Source: a virus | Taxonomy: Duplodnaviria; Caudoviricetes | Direction: 5' to 3' (one strand) | IMG/VR virus record: IMGVR_UViG_3300049924_000412 | Span: 1-26,428 of that record | DNA: 26,428 bases | Shown: positions 25,089 through 26,428 of the stretch, in pieces | How positions within the stretch are numbered: position 1 is the first letter of the stretch | How the letters are laid out: each line of letters opens with the position of its first letter | Notes under the pieces: model-generated | Databases searched by the model: none | What the model was told of the DNA's origin: nothing | What the model saw: the letters and a program-made list of their open reading frames with translations, nothing else | Translations under genes and position numbers: made by a program

Positions 25089-25280
25089 TCAATACTGGAC
25101 AATCACCGAAGCAGCCGCCACGGCAAGAACCAACATCCACAACCACGCCACTAATGGACGCCAGCCCCGCCGCTCCTGTAGACGCTCTTCAATCTCCCGC
25201 ATCTTCACCGCCCGGTTGACATAGTCTCTCGTAAGCGAAGGCTCCAACCGTAATGGTCGTTCTCGTAAGCCTGTCATCAC
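25089..25280 (-). CDS. Small membrane protein (63 aa)
   Basis: GGAGG RBS; C-terminal TM helix. Confidence 0.6.
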   Translation of the reverse strand: MMTGLRERPLRLEPSLTRDYVNRAVKMREIEERLQERRGWRPLVAWLWMLVLAVAAASVIVQY

Positions 25281-25505
25281 ACTACCTCCAAAAATCTAAA
25301 AATTGGCATGCCTCGTCCTTCTTTTTCCCTCCGAATCCGCCACTTTAGGGCTATTCGGCCTAGTCGGTCGCGCCTCGTTCGTGAGGTCGCGGAGGAGAGA
25401 AGGACTCCAGTGGAGTGCACCAGAGAGGAAGCTCCTTGACCCGCGCTAGGGGCGTTTCTTTCTTTTCCAGCGTGGAGAGGGGATCGGTTGACCACCACGG
25501 ACGAG

Positions 25506-25645
25506 AAATAAAAAGGCCCGCCGGTTGCTGGTGGAGCAGCAACCATTGGGCCTCGTCGGGTTTCCCCGAAAAACATCGGCGACAATGACACGCTCCACCG
25601 TATCTCGTCTAACGCAATCATACCTGAATACTCCTGATGAGTCAA
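25506..25645 (-). ncRNA. C4-like antisense/attenuator leader RNA with strong promoter
   Basis: TTGACT-17-TATGAT (25645-25617); GGTGGAGC; GAAA-tetraloop hairpin TCGGG-GAAA-CCCGA; terminator AGGCCC...GGGCCTTTTTATTT with GCTCCACC in the loop. Confidence 0.65.
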
Positions 25646-25650
25646 GTGGA

Positions 25651-25899
25651 TTACACCTTCTTGCGCTTGACTACTGGCGTCCAGCCTACCAACACTAACC
25701 GCAAGTCCCCATTTGATAACGTCTTTTGGCTAAACACCATCCCGCGATGCCAGCCAATCGCACTGAGCCGCCCCTTCGGTCGGTACTCTTTCTTGATCGT
25801 GAAGCCATCCCCTACCGCCTTAATCTTATCGAGTGGGTATCGATTGCGCGGCTTCCGGTCAGGCACTGTGAACCGTTTCACTGTAAATTTCACCTGCAC
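25651..25899 (-). CDS. Small basic putative DNA-binding protein (82 aa)
   Basis: AGGAGG RBS; RYPLDKIKAVGDGFTI pattern; first gene of the leftward operon. Confidence 0.7.
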   Translation of the reverse strand: MQVKFTVKRFTVPDRKPRNRYPLDKIKAVGDGFTIKKEYRPKGRLSAIGWHRGMVFSQKTLSNGDLRLVLVGWTPVVKRKKV

Positions 25900-25919
25900 A
25901 CCTCCTTTCGTATGGCTAG

Positions 25920-26039
25920 GATATAAGCTAGTGGATAATAGATGTCAACACATATTTAGTAGAATATATCCCCGGAGTCCACATTAGTGCAATAGATCAT
26001 AGATTGTAGTTGACAATTTACACACCTGTGCCGTAGGGT
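25920..26039. promoter_or_regulatory. Divergent promoter region (probable genetic switch)
   Basis: AT-rich. Leftward TTGACA(25948-43)-17-TATATC and TGGACT(25981-76)-17-TAAATA; rightward TTGACA(26010-15)-18-TAGGGT. Confidence 0.6.
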
Positions 26040-26081
26040 AGTCCTATGGTTGCCACACTGCACAGGGAAGGAGGTGAGTAT

Positions 26082-26360
26082 ATGCGGAAAGAACGTGTCC
26101 CTATGCGTGAAAGCGCCAATCGTAAGAAGCGATATGGCAGGCACCGCGTTGACTCTGTTCCACTCATGGTGTGGGAGGATCGCGAGTTCAAGGAAATGCT
26201 GAAGGAGGAAGCCGCTGGTGTAGAGCTGCCGAAGTGGTCCCTCTCTGATCACATTTCCTTTATCCTGCGTGACCATTTTGGGTTGTGGGATAAGCCGTAT
26301 CGTCCTTATCCGAAGACGCCTACTTGCGAGGCCCCCAGCGAAAAGAAAGCGAGCAAGTAG
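26082..26360 (+). CDS. Putative ribbon-helix-helix regulator (92 aa)
   Basis: GGAGGTG RBS before the ATG at 26082; beta-alpha-alpha pattern VPLMVWEDREFKEMLKEEA...WSLSDHISFILRDHF. Confidence 0.6.
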   Translation: MRKERVPMRESANRKKRYGRHRVDSVPLMVWEDREFKEMLKEEAAGVELPKWSLSDHISFILRDHFGLWDKPYRPYPKTPTCEAPSEKKASK

Positions 26361-26428
26361 GGAGAATGGCGGGGCAGTTCGGTAGCGCTCCCCTGAGAGG
26401 GAGCGGGGCAGGTTGGTCGGGGCGAAAG

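Noticed and set aside
25277-25645. 122-aa ORF in the track
   Set aside because: Its TTG start is the -35 box of a strong promoter, and it spans a terminator and RNA hairpins.
26367-26428. tRNA-like start (GGCGGGGCAGTTCGGTAGCGC) at the right edge
   Set aside because: I could not fold a cloverleaf or find a T-loop. Only a CGCTCCC/GGGAGCG hairpin is evident, and the sequence is truncated.
1-26428. Host or taxon assignment, and prophage versus free phage
   Set aside because: No host genes, integrase or att site are in the window, so neither can be supported from this sequence alone.

Overview
This window is about 26 kb of a tailed dsDNA phage or prophage with a podovirus-like head module, about 57% GC by eye. 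No host genes, integrase or attachment sites are visible. Most genes lie on the minus strand and run right to left. The early/middle block has a divergent control region with small DNA-binding proteins, a YqaJ exonuclease plus Bet/RecT recombinase, a PD-(D/E)XK nuclease, an ASCH-like protein, a DUF1353 protein, a replication initiator with a probable internal origin, and a helicase-loader-like protein. A plus-strand accessory island follows (HNH, DUF932, leaderless RHH). The late block has TerS, TerL, a P22-like portal, scaffold, a BPP-1-like major capsid and Bbp16-like cement protein, several accessory structural genes, and a giant Ser/Ala/Val-rich repeat fibre gene of more than 1089 codons that the ORF track missed because it runs off the left end. 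The most notable observations are five. (1) The giant modular coiled-coil fibre carries a perfect in-frame 21-bp tandem repeat encoding His-containing heptads. (2) An HNH cassette appears to have split an ASCH-like gene, leaving a 20-codon 5' stub and supplying a synonymously recoded replacement 5' end. (3) Two C4-like leader/attenuator RNAs share one architecture but use different pairing sequences. (4) TerL has reciprocal Walker A/B changes (GKE and TE). (5) A signal-peptide, transmembrane-anchored lectin/lyase-like protein sits among the virion genes. All family assignments are from motif recognition by eye, not database searches.
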